A DNA stretch of 30,505 nt from a virus (taxonomy: Duplodnaviria; Caudoviricetes), in IMG/VR virus record IMGVR_UViG_3300012953_000132, positions 1 through 30,505 of that record; one strand, 5' to 3'. The position numbers were made by a program, and so were the translations under genes. This document shows, one piece after another, positions 8,001 through 17,100 of this stretch (the first letter of the stretch is position 1; each line of letters begins with the position of its first letter). Under the pieces are notes generated by a model, which made no database searches, was not told the DNA's origin, and saw only the letters and a program-made list of their open reading frames with translations.

Positions 8001-11000
8001 GTTGCACCACTTTCCTGTCCAACCAGTAATGAATTTTTGGATAGATATCCATAAAAATTACCCTGTGCTTCTTCTGATAGTGATTTGGTATCTATATTTA
8101 AAATTGAAGATGATTGACTATAATCACTTGGAATACTATTTCTACCAGAACTATATGGATCACTTATATAAACTTCTGATGGATTATTAAATGCTCCAGA
8201 TTTATGGTTTGGTTGACATACTCTGAAAACCATACTTACATTACTACCAGAACTTGGATATACATTTACTGTTTCCCCAATTTTAAAAGAACTATTTGAA
8301 CCATATTCTGTTCCATTCACATCAGGTGTAATTTCAAGTAATTTTGGAATTACATCAAATATTTTTTGCCCATCTAAAAATAAATATAATTCGACATAAT
8401 CTAAGAATCCTCCTGATATAAATTGAATATTTCTAGATCTCATAAAATCATCTGACGATGAAGAAACTAAAGCATTTTGAGCAGTTCTATCAACGTTACT
8501 AAAACTAGCAGAACCTTGACCTTGAGAGTTTATATTCACACTACCAGAACGATTTCGATTACCAACAGTACCTAAATTTATTGTACTTGTTCCAGCATCA
8601 AAATTCATATTGATAGTTTCAACAGTATTAGTTCCTGTTTGCCTTATAATTTGATCTTGAAGACGAACAGTTCTTGTCCATACATCATTTTTAGGATCTA
8701 ACTCAACTTTACCAGCAAATACGGTTAATTCATACGGGTTGACATTTATAATATCATTTGTCTCACCACTCTTTGTTGCATATGGTTGAGTTATCCATTC
8801 CACTTCTTCATAATTTAATGTTACAACATCACCAGTTTTTCTAACATTTGAATCAAATAAATCAAAGTTTGTATTAAAATCTAATTCAGAACTAATTGTA
8901 AATTGTTTAGGTGTTATTTGAGATGCTAAAGTATCTCTTGTTCTAAAGGATATCAACTCTTGAGATTCTGGATTTACCTGTATTGATGATAGATCTCTAT
9001 TGATAAAATCATAGTTTCTAAAAGCATCTACAAAAAATCCACTTTTAAATCTATTCTTACCTTCTTCATCCTGAATTTGTAATGATTGAGCACTTACTTC
9101 TAATAAAGACAATGTAGTAGTTTCTTCTAAATTTGAAACTCTATCTTCAATATTACCAATGTCTCTCATGGTAAATCTTCGATTATCATTAAATGTCAAT
9201 TTAGCATTTTGAGTGTTGTAAAGATATGCTGGTAACTCAATAGTTCCCAACTGCATCACCTCATCATTCTTAATTGGAGGTTTTGGATCTTGAGATGAGA
9301 TTCCTTTTTCATAAACAAAATCTCCAAATTTATTCAAATAAACTCTATCAACTCTTGGTAAATAGTATTCATAAGTTGCGGAAACAGTTTCATCTGGTTT
9401 TACATATTCTATGACTGATGTTCCACTAAAATCTCTATGTTTAAAATCGAAGGGAGATCCAGTGTCTGAACTAGGATCATAAACAGATACTCTAGGTCTA
9501 AAATCAAAAGTATCAGTAGCTCTTACTTCACGATCACCAATTAAAGGAATATCGTCAGCATATCTTTCTTCATCATAACTAAAGACCGTAAATACATCTC
9601 CTGTATCATTACTTGCAACAGAATAATAATCAAATACAATTAATAAAGGTCCTTTTGGTTCTGGAGTATTCTTATTTCTAATTATTCTCGAATAATCATA
9701 AAATTGATCTCTTTGTCCTTTGTCTAAAGTATATGAATTAGTAATATCTTTAAAGACACCAATCTCTACAGATTGAACATTAGTTTTGATATTAGATTCT
9801 GAAAATACTACAGATTCTCCTACATTAAATTTATCGGGTGTTTGATAAATTACTGATAATTTATTAGTATTCGGTTTACCTACAACCCTTGCAATTATTT
9901 TACTATTTTCTCCTATTATGTTTTCTCCAATAATTGCATTAGTAGTTACATCAGCAGTGCTTGTAAATTGTAAAACATCTAATTTAGGAGCATCAGTGTC
10001 AATGGATTCATAAATTGCTAGAATTTTTACAGCATCTGGGTAATTTAATGATATTGTTTCGTCTTGAACTCTAAGTCCATATCTCTGATCAAAAATAAGA
10101 CCATCTGCAATTGTTGATGCACCCAATCCAACATTAACACTACCAGATTTTGCATACTTAGATCTTGTAACATTTAAGACTTGACTTCTCTTATACTCTT
10201 TTAACTTCGATTTGATTTTGTTTTTGATGATGGTAACATCAATAGTTTTACTTAAATTTGCACCACCACTATTAATTTCGATTGCTTCACCATTGTTAGC
10301 ATATGTAAACTTATCTTTCGTGATTGCTATTGGATCATTGTTATTATCAAGTAATGTATATCTTTCTTGATCAAAAGTTTCAAAAATAGCTTCAGATGCA
10401 GCAAATCCAAAATCACTTGACATATCTACTGTCAAAACTCCTGAACTAGAATTTTTTGTAAGTTTTCTAGAAACTTTAAGTTTTGATCTTGTTAAATCTA
10501 CAGTAGCAACATTATCATTAGATAGTTGTGAATATAAAGAACCTCTTCCACTAATCAAAGGTGCACCCAAAAACATTGATACTGTTATTGTACTGCCAGG
10601 AAGTGCTCCATTAAAGACTCCAGTTACGTTTGGAGAGATTGCTACAACTGTTAAAGTTTTTCCATCAGCACTTACATTACTTACTTCGTTAAATGTCTCT
10701 TCAGCAGCTGAACCAGTAGTTTTAAAATATCTAACAATATCTCCTTTCTTCAATCCAGTAAATAGTTTTGATCCTGCAGTAACAATTCCTCCATTTGTGA
10801 TATTAACTGTTTCGATATTATTTGGTAATCTAAATCTTTCTAAAACTGTATCTGCTTGAAAAGTAGTTCCCTCTTTTACAGATTTTATATCTTGAACTGT
10901 ATGTGCAGTTGCAACACCAACAGTTCGAGAAATATCAATTCCATTAATTTGTATTTGTTCACCCTCTGAAAAAGTTCCTGATGTTTGATTTATTGGTACA

Positions 11001-12493
11001 ACTAATGAACCACCTCCAGCACTTATTGAAAATCCACTCGCACCACTATTTTTTCCCTTAATAAATGATCCAGCTGGTATTTCAGTATTACTTACTGCTT
11101 GATTTAAAATTAAATCTGTATTTGTCTGAATATCAAATAATCTTAGTTCCCATCTAGTTGCATCATTTGTATATGGTGCATCTTCTAAATTAAATGAGTA
11201 AGCTCTTGCACTTCCAATAACTCCACCACCACCAGCAAATTTACTGTGTAGAGAAACTATATTTCCAGAAGTTATATTACTAGGATCAACATTATTAACC
11301 TTGATTAAATTTCCCATCTCAAAAGAAACACCAATATCACTTCTTATACCAACATCTCTTGGTTTATCAACATCAATAATAGTAGTTCCCGCCTTTTCAA
11401 TATTATATCCTCTCACATATGCTTCACCTGCAGATATTTTTAAACACATTAAGTCATCAGATGGTTCATTTCCTTGCTCTGTAGTGTCGTCAGAGAAGAA
11501 TAAACCATTATTACCTAGATTATCATTTAAAGAGTTAAACAACCCCATTCTGAATGGTGTAACACTATAATCACCAGACTCCTCATATGTTCTTTCAGCA
11601 ATCCAATCACGAATTTTATTATATTCACTCTTAGGTTGCATTATCTTCAACTTTCCTTCATCCAATCTCATCAATTCAATGAAATCAGTATCATTCTTAT
11701 CCGTTAGTAATTTTTTAGTTAAAGTTAAATTTATTTTAAGTCTATCTGCGCCAGGTGCTGCATAGTTGGTAAATCCTTTTGCATTATCAAACAAACTGCT
11801 ATCTTCTTTTGCGTTTATAATAAGTTCATCAACTTTTAATCCAACTCTATATGAGGGAGTATTGGTATAATTATCTAAAATGATTGTTTGATCAGAAACA
11901 TTTGCAAAAAATCCTCTTACAAAATAAACACCTTTTGATATAAACGCAGCAGATCCAACAGAAGTAGCCTCTGTTGGTATTAAAGATGCAAAAGGTGTAT
12001 TTGCATTTATAGTGGTATTTCCATATACAACATTTTCAGTTGCACTTAAAGTTTCTCCATCCGAAAAAGATGTAATAACAGAATTACTATCTGCACTAAC
12101 ATAATTAACATACAATGTTACAAAATCAACATCTAAACCATCGGGTAAAGATACAAACTTAACTATTGCTTGAATACCAGATTCACTTCCAGTTATTTTT
12201 TTTCCTATAAAATCTTTAATGTAAACTGATATATCAACATTAAAATTTGTATTATTTAATTTTACAGCATTAAATTGATTATCAAAAGCAAGTCCACCAG
12301 GTATAACTACAGATCCCTCTTTAAATACATGATCACCAAATGCTTCTATTTGATTTTGAAGTATTGATTGTTGTGTTGTTAACTCCCTAGCTTGTACTGG
12401 AAAACCTGGCTTATACAAAACCTTATGAAAGTTTTTCTCACTATCATAGTCATCGTAGTATGGGCTTACATTAAGATTAATTTTTTGTGCCAT
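5081..12493 (-). CDS. Large virion structural protein, VrlC / DUF4815-like
   Basis: 2470 aa. N-terminus PYYDDYD..K.FHKVL.KPG.PVQARELT..QSILQNQI, then YAAPGADRLKI, RTYEESGDY, G.AYVRGY, YYLPRVD, RRFTMRDIGNIEDRV.NLE..T.LSLLE, NRFKSGFFVD.F, DPLAQTF, FKSQNGSLW and C-terminal PRIKELRAIAV. It follows gp8, as in T4-like cyanophages. Confidence 0.88.
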   Translation of the reverse strand: MAQKINLNVSPYYDDYDSEKNFHKVLYKPGFPVQARELTTQQSILQNQIEAFGDHVFKEGSVVIPGGLAFDNQFNAVKLNNTNFNVDISVYIKDFIGKKITGSESGIQAIVKFVSLPDGLDVDFVTLYVNYVSADSNSVITSFSDGETLSATENVVYGNTTINANTPFASLIPTEATSVGSAAFISKGVYFVRGFFANVSDQTIILDNYTNTPSYRVGLKVDELIINAKEDSSLFDNAKGFTNYAAPGADRLKINLTLTKKLLTDKNDTDFIELMRLDEGKLKIMQPKSEYNKIRDWIAERTYEESGDYSVTPFRMGLFNSLNDNLGNNGLFFSDDTTEQGNEPSDDLMCLKISAGEAYVRGYNIEKAGTTIIDVDKPRDVGIRSDIGVSFEMGNLIKVNNVDPSNITSGNIVSLHSKFAGGGGVIGSARAYSFNLEDAPYTNDATRWELRLFDIQTNTDLILNQAVSNTEIPAGSFIKGKNSGASGFSISAGGGSLVVPINQTSGTFSEGEQIQINGIDISRTVGVATAHTVQDIKSVKEGTTFQADTVLERFRLPNNIETVNITNGGIVTAGSKLFTGLKKGDIVRYFKTTGSAAEETFNEVSNVSADGKTLTVVAISPNVTGVFNGALPGSTITVSMFLGAPLISGRGSLYSQLSNDNVATVDLTRSKLKVSRKLTKNSSSGVLTVDMSSDFGFAASEAIFETFDQERYTLLDNNNDPIAITKDKFTYANNGEAIEINSGGANLSKTIDVTIIKNKIKSKLKEYKRSQVLNVTRSKYAKSGSVNVGLGASTIADGLIFDQRYGLRVQDETISLNYPDAVKILAIYESIDTDAPKLDVLQFTSTADVTTNAIIGENIIGENSKIIARVVGKPNTNKLSVIYQTPDKFNVGESVVFSESNIKTNVQSVEIGVFKDITNSYTLDKGQRDQFYDYSRIIRNKNTPEPKGPLLIVFDYYSVASNDTGDVFTVFSYDEERYADDIPLIGDREVRATDTFDFRPRVSVYDPSSDTGSPFDFKHRDFSGTSVIEYVKPDETVSATYEYYLPRVDRVYLNKFGDFVYEKGISSQDPKPPIKNDEVMQLGTIELPAYLYNTQNAKLTFNDNRRFTMRDIGNIEDRVSNLEETTTLSLLEVSAQSLQIQDEEGKNRFKSGFFVDAFRNYDFINRDLSSIQVNPESQELISFRTRDTLASQITPKQFTISSELDFNTNFDLFDSNVRKTGDVVTLNYEEVEWITQPYATKSGETNDIINVNPYELTVFAGKVELDPKNDVWTRTVRLQDQIIRQTGTNTVETINMNFDAGTSTINLGTVGNRNRSGSVNINSQGQGSASFSNVDRTAQNALVSSSSDDFMRSRNIQFISGGFLDYVELYLFLDGQKIFDVIPKLLEITPDVNGTEYGSNSSFKIGETVNVYPSSGSNVSMVFRVCQPNHKSGAFNNPSEVYISDPYSSGRNSIPSDYSQSSSILNIDTKSLSEEAQGNFYGYLSKNSLLVGQESGATAYVKDLRLITDAFGDVTGSSYLRDPYSQPSPVVKVQTGVKDFKLTTSPTNEIVDPSLKFGVISAQTEYSAFGTIEEWQNTITLITNTTTINVNGSFNAQVNANIEAEDDDPLAQTFSVGGNVLAPSAKEANTDLNGAFITAVEVYFASVDVVSNTPIRCEIRTVTGDARPSKFLVGKSKTLRPKGVDSNGNEITLIESDAETASKPTKFTFPEPIYLAPGNTYSFVLVAPNSTAYTVWTARHGGIAVNASSIQSADSGASLIYSTQYGAGAIFKSQNGSLWTEDQTQDMTFKLYKAKFTSLSGSAYFNNPDLNDSNGYMPVLNDNPIQVLPKTGSIGITTTLNNGVADILSPGRKICGSRATSTAVVVGTGCSVNAVGITTVGTNYATDTNVSTFNVIGEGSGLTLNIQASGGALVSAVPVVNGTGYKVGDVVGIVTSTVGAQGGEGENARITITETLGIDTLYLTDIQSDDTSYTADNTVPLRYFNDSNSVVSFGSTGLITRRSFNTSGVNAGNVFKVNHFNHGMYSTTNKVKIKGIESDVAPSTLTAVLSKTETNTIGIGSTTPFTNFEGIPVSATNLGYVQIGDEIIGYQSVGTGVLNIASGSGNQRGVDNTVPIEHQIDAVVKKYEFGGVSMRRIQVPDTSTLGLSSPIDLDSYYIAFDRTANGKNRSADSATEPQLSFNSEAFVGGSNVRASENILYGALIPRYDILTPTGVNGAKTNIDASIRTVSGTSVAGNETSFIDDGFQTVQLNTYNSLDTVKIVTSKINETQYLQNLPNGKSFTTILNLSSSDENLSPIIRLSSGSETEFISNRLNNPIGEDRYSGDNRVNSVIDDPHASIYVSNTVFLNKPATSLKVILSACRPESSDFRVLYSLVKADSSEVEQSFNLFPGFNNTVQVDGDGFVVDDQSKNDGRSDTFVPISRSNEFREYQFTVDNLDEFTGFTIKLVMLGTNQAQPPRIKELRAIAVK

Positions 12494-12498
12494 TTTTT

Positions 12499-14076
12499 TT
12501 AGAATTCCAGAATGATTTTAACGTCTTCTTTTTGTCTTACATTTCGTTCAACTTTTTTTCGATTGTCAATGTATATTACATCGCCACTCTTTTTATTTAT
12601 TTCAGGATTAGCAAGTCCATTTGTAAATTGAACACCTAAATTGATTTGTTTATTACCAATTACAGTGGTTATACCTGTAAAACTCTCAACTAATGAATTA
12701 AAAGTTACTGAACCACCAGGAATTGTTCTAATTTGATTTCCATTATTTTCAAAGGATAAAACCTTGGCACTCGCATTAACACCATCAAAATCTGTATTAT
12801 CAAAAGTACTTTGATTTAAATTTAGAGTTCTATCTTGAATATATTTAAGGACTTGAGTATCTTTATCATAAGATGCTACAGTTCCTCTTGCAATACCACC
12901 AGTTACAGTTTGTGTGATACCAACACCGATAAGGGCATTGAAATCAGTTGCTGCATCAATTGCAGTTTGTAATTTAATGGCAGATAATGATGAGAATTGT
13001 GCTTCAGTAACAATTCCCGTTGCCCCTGATTTTTGTGGGTTTTTAATTATTCCAACTTGACCAAAATGAGTGTCTGTAGGAAAATCTTTGGTAGAATCAT
13101 CAAATCTAGAATAAACTAAGACTTTATCTGCACCAAGTTCTGTATATACATCTGACCCATGACCTTTTGATGGAGGTATAATTGGAATTAATTTTGCCTT
13201 TATGTCAGTTGCTCCGTTTTTGTAACTTTGCAAGTTTACCATTCCGAAGGTATATCCAGAACCACCAGAACTTACGATAGTGTCTGTAATAGTTCCATTT
13301 GTAAATGTCACTAAAACTTTTCCTCCAGTTCCATCTCCTAAAATATCTAATTCTTCAGTGGAAGTATTATTATTATTGTATCCAGTTCCTCCATTCTCAA
13401 TAAAAACTTTTTTAATTTGGTTTTTATTGATATCAGAATCACCTGCCTCTCTTACTGATTGAATTTGAGGATCAGTAGAAGTTGACCAATCACTTGGTAA
13501 TACAATATATTCCGTAGAATCAAACTTAATTACATCACTTGGTGATATGGTAAACAAATATTTCCACACATAAGGATCTTGTGTTCCAGCAGCTGCTGGT
13601 TCTAAATCAGTAAATGTAGGTTCATCTAAGGATTCAACTCCTTTTGCATCAGTAGAGGATGGTACACCTGATCCTCCGTTATCTAAACAAATGTAGACTT
13701 TAAATTCAGAAGTTAAAACATAAAAATTTGTTTTATATAAACTTCCAGTTTGTGAATTAGGTGCTTTATTACTTTCAGTATAATCATGTCTATACATATC
13801 ATATCTTGTATTTGCAACCCAATTATGTTTTTTTACAACTCTTCTAATATTTGAAGAATTAATTTTTTTACCGAATAGTGAGGTATCTCTGTAGGTTGTT
13901 AAATATTGTTGATTATCAATTGGATTAGATGGCCAAGAGGTCGTTCTACCAAAACCAACTACGTCTGGATTTGGTAAACCTAAAAATACATAGTAAGAAT
14001 TATTAGAGTCTAAAACAGAATCTACAAAATTACCTGCGTTTACTATTCTAAATTGATCTGTTACTACCGCTGGCAT
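12499..14076 (-). CDS. gp8: Baseplate wedge subunit (T4 gp8-like)
   Basis: 525 aa. Motifs YYVFLG, RRVVKKHNW....YDMY, FYVLTSEFKVYICLDN, Y.WKYLFTI, FGQVGIIKNP and C-terminal SGDVIYIDNR....R...QKEDVKIILEF. Confidence 0.93.
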   Translation of the reverse strand: MPAVVTDQFRIVNAGNFVDSVLDSNNSYYVFLGLPNPDVVGFGRTTSWPSNPIDNQQYLTTYRDTSLFGKKINSSNIRRVVKKHNWVANTRYDMYRHDYTESNKAPNSQTGSLYKTNFYVLTSEFKVYICLDNGGSGVPSSTDAKGVESLDEPTFTDLEPAAAGTQDPYVWKYLFTISPSDVIKFDSTEYIVLPSDWSTSTDPQIQSVREAGDSDINKNQIKKVFIENGGTGYNNNNTSTEELDILGDGTGGKVLVTFTNGTITDTIVSSGGSGYTFGMVNLQSYKNGATDIKAKLIPIIPPSKGHGSDVYTELGADKVLVYSRFDDSTKDFPTDTHFGQVGIIKNPQKSGATGIVTEAQFSSLSAIKLQTAIDAATDFNALIGVGITQTVTGGIARGTVASYDKDTQVLKYIQDRTLNLNQSTFDNTDFDGVNASAKVLSFENNGNQIRTIPGGSVTFNSLVESFTGITTVIGNKQINLGVQFTNGLANPEINKKSGDVIYIDNRKKVERNVRQKEDVKIILEF

Positions 14077-14093
14077 ATTAATAGTTTTTTAGA

Positions 14094-14101
14094 TATTTAT
14101 A
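14094..14101 (-). promoter_or_regulatory. T4-type late promoter TATAAATA
   Basis: Exact consensus in the gp7-gp8 intergenic gap, 17 nt upstream of the gp8 ATG. Confidence 0.85.
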
Positions 14102-14121
14102 CATTATATTTAACATTAAAT

Positions 14122-17100
14122 TTAAGTGGGTGTTGTTAGACCACCAGTTTTCTCAAATGTGTCTGCTCCACCAGTTCTTTTTAGTGATGGGAAAGTGGTT
14201 AATCCAGCATCAACAGTCAGTCCTGTAACACCTATTGATATTGGTGATGATGATCTTGAAAAGTTTCTAATTCTTGCTATTGAATACTTACCAACTGGAA
14301 CTGTAGCAGATCCTGTTGAAGTTATACCAGTAGTTAATGTGTTAGATTTTATCAAACAAGTGACCACTCCAACTCCAGCTCCAAGATCTTGGAAAGATGC
14401 TATGGTATATACATTATCAACGAATGTTGTTCCAATACCAACACTATGTGCATCAACACCTGAAACACTCAAAGATGTTAGTCCTGAACCAACACGAGTA
14501 TCATAAACATAGAATGGTGTGCCTATACCTAATGGAGTAAAAGTAGCACCATCTCTCTTTATCGTAAATTTGACACCTAATTTAGATGAAAATACGGTAG
14601 TTCCAATTCCTGTAATTAAACCAGTATTTTCTTGAATCGTCAATCCTGAAGTTGTAAGATTTTCAAAGGTGCTTGATTCTATAGGACTCTCTATTAAAAC
14701 TTGAGGTGCAATGGTATATCCTAAACCAATATTAGTTACATTGATTGAAGATATCTGACCATTAGAAATGGTTGCAGTTGCTGTTGCTGTTGTTCCTACA
14801 CCAACACCAATTCTTGGTGGAGCAGAAATAGAAACTGTTGGGGTTGATGCATACCCAGAACCAACATTAGTTATTGTAATTCCACTTACTGTTCCTGAAG
14901 AAACAGTTGTAGTAGCAGATGCATTTACAGAGTCAGTTTTGTTTAAATTAGTGATTGATGCATTTATTATTACTGTTGATTCATCTTCATAATTAAATAA
15001 ATCTGCATTATCCACAAAGAAATCTATATTTGAGGTAGTAACGTCACTAATTATTTTTGCAATTGGAATAATTCTAGGTTCAAGATCTTTTCTTTTTTTA
15101 GAAACAATAACTTTATTGATAGTTTTATCATTTTTTTGTTTAATAAGTATTAAAGGTCTTGATATAGTTTCATTAATACCTTGTTCTTGGTAAATATTAG
15201 TCTCCAATGCAGTTGATGTAACAATACCTGTGACAGTACGATTATTTTGTGCTTCTATTTGAAAACCACCAATAGTAGGTACAGTTGATTCCAACCTAAC
15301 TTCATCTCCAGTCTCTATATTTGTTTTTTGCCCATCTACAACAATCGAATCTTGACCACCTGTTCCCCTATAAAACATAATAGATATATCATCTTCAGGT
15401 ATGGGTGCTTCACTGAAATTAATTGAAGTTCCACCAACTAAATTATAAGCTTTAGATGGATCTTGTATTATTCCATTAACTGTCACTAAAAATATATTCT
15501 CCAATCTAACATTACTCAATAAAGTTCCAGCAGCTTCAACACTAATTAATGAATTATTGAAATTTAATGGGAATCTTGTTGTAATTCCATCTTGAAGTGA
15601 TTTAATTGAATCTATGTAATCAAATTCTCCAAATTGCCACATTGCAAATGAATCATTATATATTTCATTTACTTCAAGAGTCGATTTGGGAGAAAACGCA
15701 CCCATTCCTTTTGCAGTTACTAATCCAACTGCTTCTATTACATCTCCTTTCTTAAATCCATAACCAGAATTTACTGTCTCATATTTTGAAACTTCAAATA
15801 GTGTTGAACCTATTCCTGTAGTTGCACTTGCACTTACAACCGCAGTAACTGTCAAATTGCTTCCAGTTTCTGTTGTGGAACCGATTGATAGTCTTGATAC
15901 ACCAGTTACAGGTAAATTTGCATAGGATGGTTCAGAAACAAATACTCGTGGATCCTTATAATTTGTTCCTGCAGCACCAACTGTAAATATTGCAGTTCCT
16001 CCTACACCTGCTGTTGCAGTTACCTGTGCACCAGTACCGACATTCTCACCAACAAATACACTAAACAAATTATTATCTAACTTTGTGATTGTTGTGTTTA
16101 TACCAGCAACTGGGTCTGTAGATCTTGGATATGGGTGAACTGTTTTAAAATTATCTCTCTCACATGTAAATCGAATAGAACCAGTTTTAATTCCAACTAA
16201 ATCATTTGTACTCATTCCATGATTATTAACAGTTAATACCAATATACCAGTTACAGGATCATAAGTTGCATTTGTTGGTGTTATATCTGATCCAACATTT
16301 CTATCAATCGCATTTATATCTGCATCTACAAAACGATGTTCATATCCAAGATCCATTACAGTAACTGCAATTCCAACTCTGCCATTATATCCAGAACCAA
16401 ATGTTAGGTTACTAAAGTATGGAGATACATTTCCAGATCCAACGTAAACATGTGATGTATTTCTTTTTCCAATGTTAAGACCAAATATATTTGTTGCTGC
16501 AATTGAAACAACAGGAAATTGACTTCCTGATAATGTAATACTTGGATTAAATTGTAAAGAATCTAATATTGCAACCTCATTTGAATTTGTAAATCTATGT
16601 TCATTTACAGTTTGGAAAGTAATTATACCTGTCACATTATTATATGTTGCAGTTACAATACCTAGTGCAGATCCAGTATATGCAACTCCGACAATACTTG
16701 TTATCGTTCCACCAGTACCAATAAGTGCCTTTACTTTTGCACCAACTAAAGGAGCATATCCTAGTCCAGTAATAGTTGAACCAAGAGATATTGGAACACC
16801 ACCTCTAGGTAATTCATTTGTATTGATATTGTTATTTGAAATGAATGGATTTCCATCTGATGATGTTATTCCTGTAAAGAACACACTAGTCACTCCAGTT
16901 GCACCACTTCCAGATTCAATTATTTTAAAGTTTTTATCTGGATTATTATCTGTTGATGGTGATTGGAAAATTCCATTTACAAATAAAATTCCACTACCAC
17001 CATCTGTTCCTAATCCAACAGTATTTGCACCACCCACTTTTAAAGTAAACGTGGTTGTTATACCAGTAAATTGATCAGAAATATCATCAAAAATTTCATT

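Noticed and set aside
12493-12501. A8 run at the gp8/VrlC-like junction as a programmed frameshift site
   Set aside because: The run begins within the gp8 stop codon (TAA AAAAA ATG), so it is not decoded as sense codons. It is better read as an A-rich translation-initiation leader.
14102-14125. AT palindrome (TTAAATTTAA) at the gp7 end as a terminator
   Set aside because: There is no GC-containing stem or clear U-tract; it is too weak to call.
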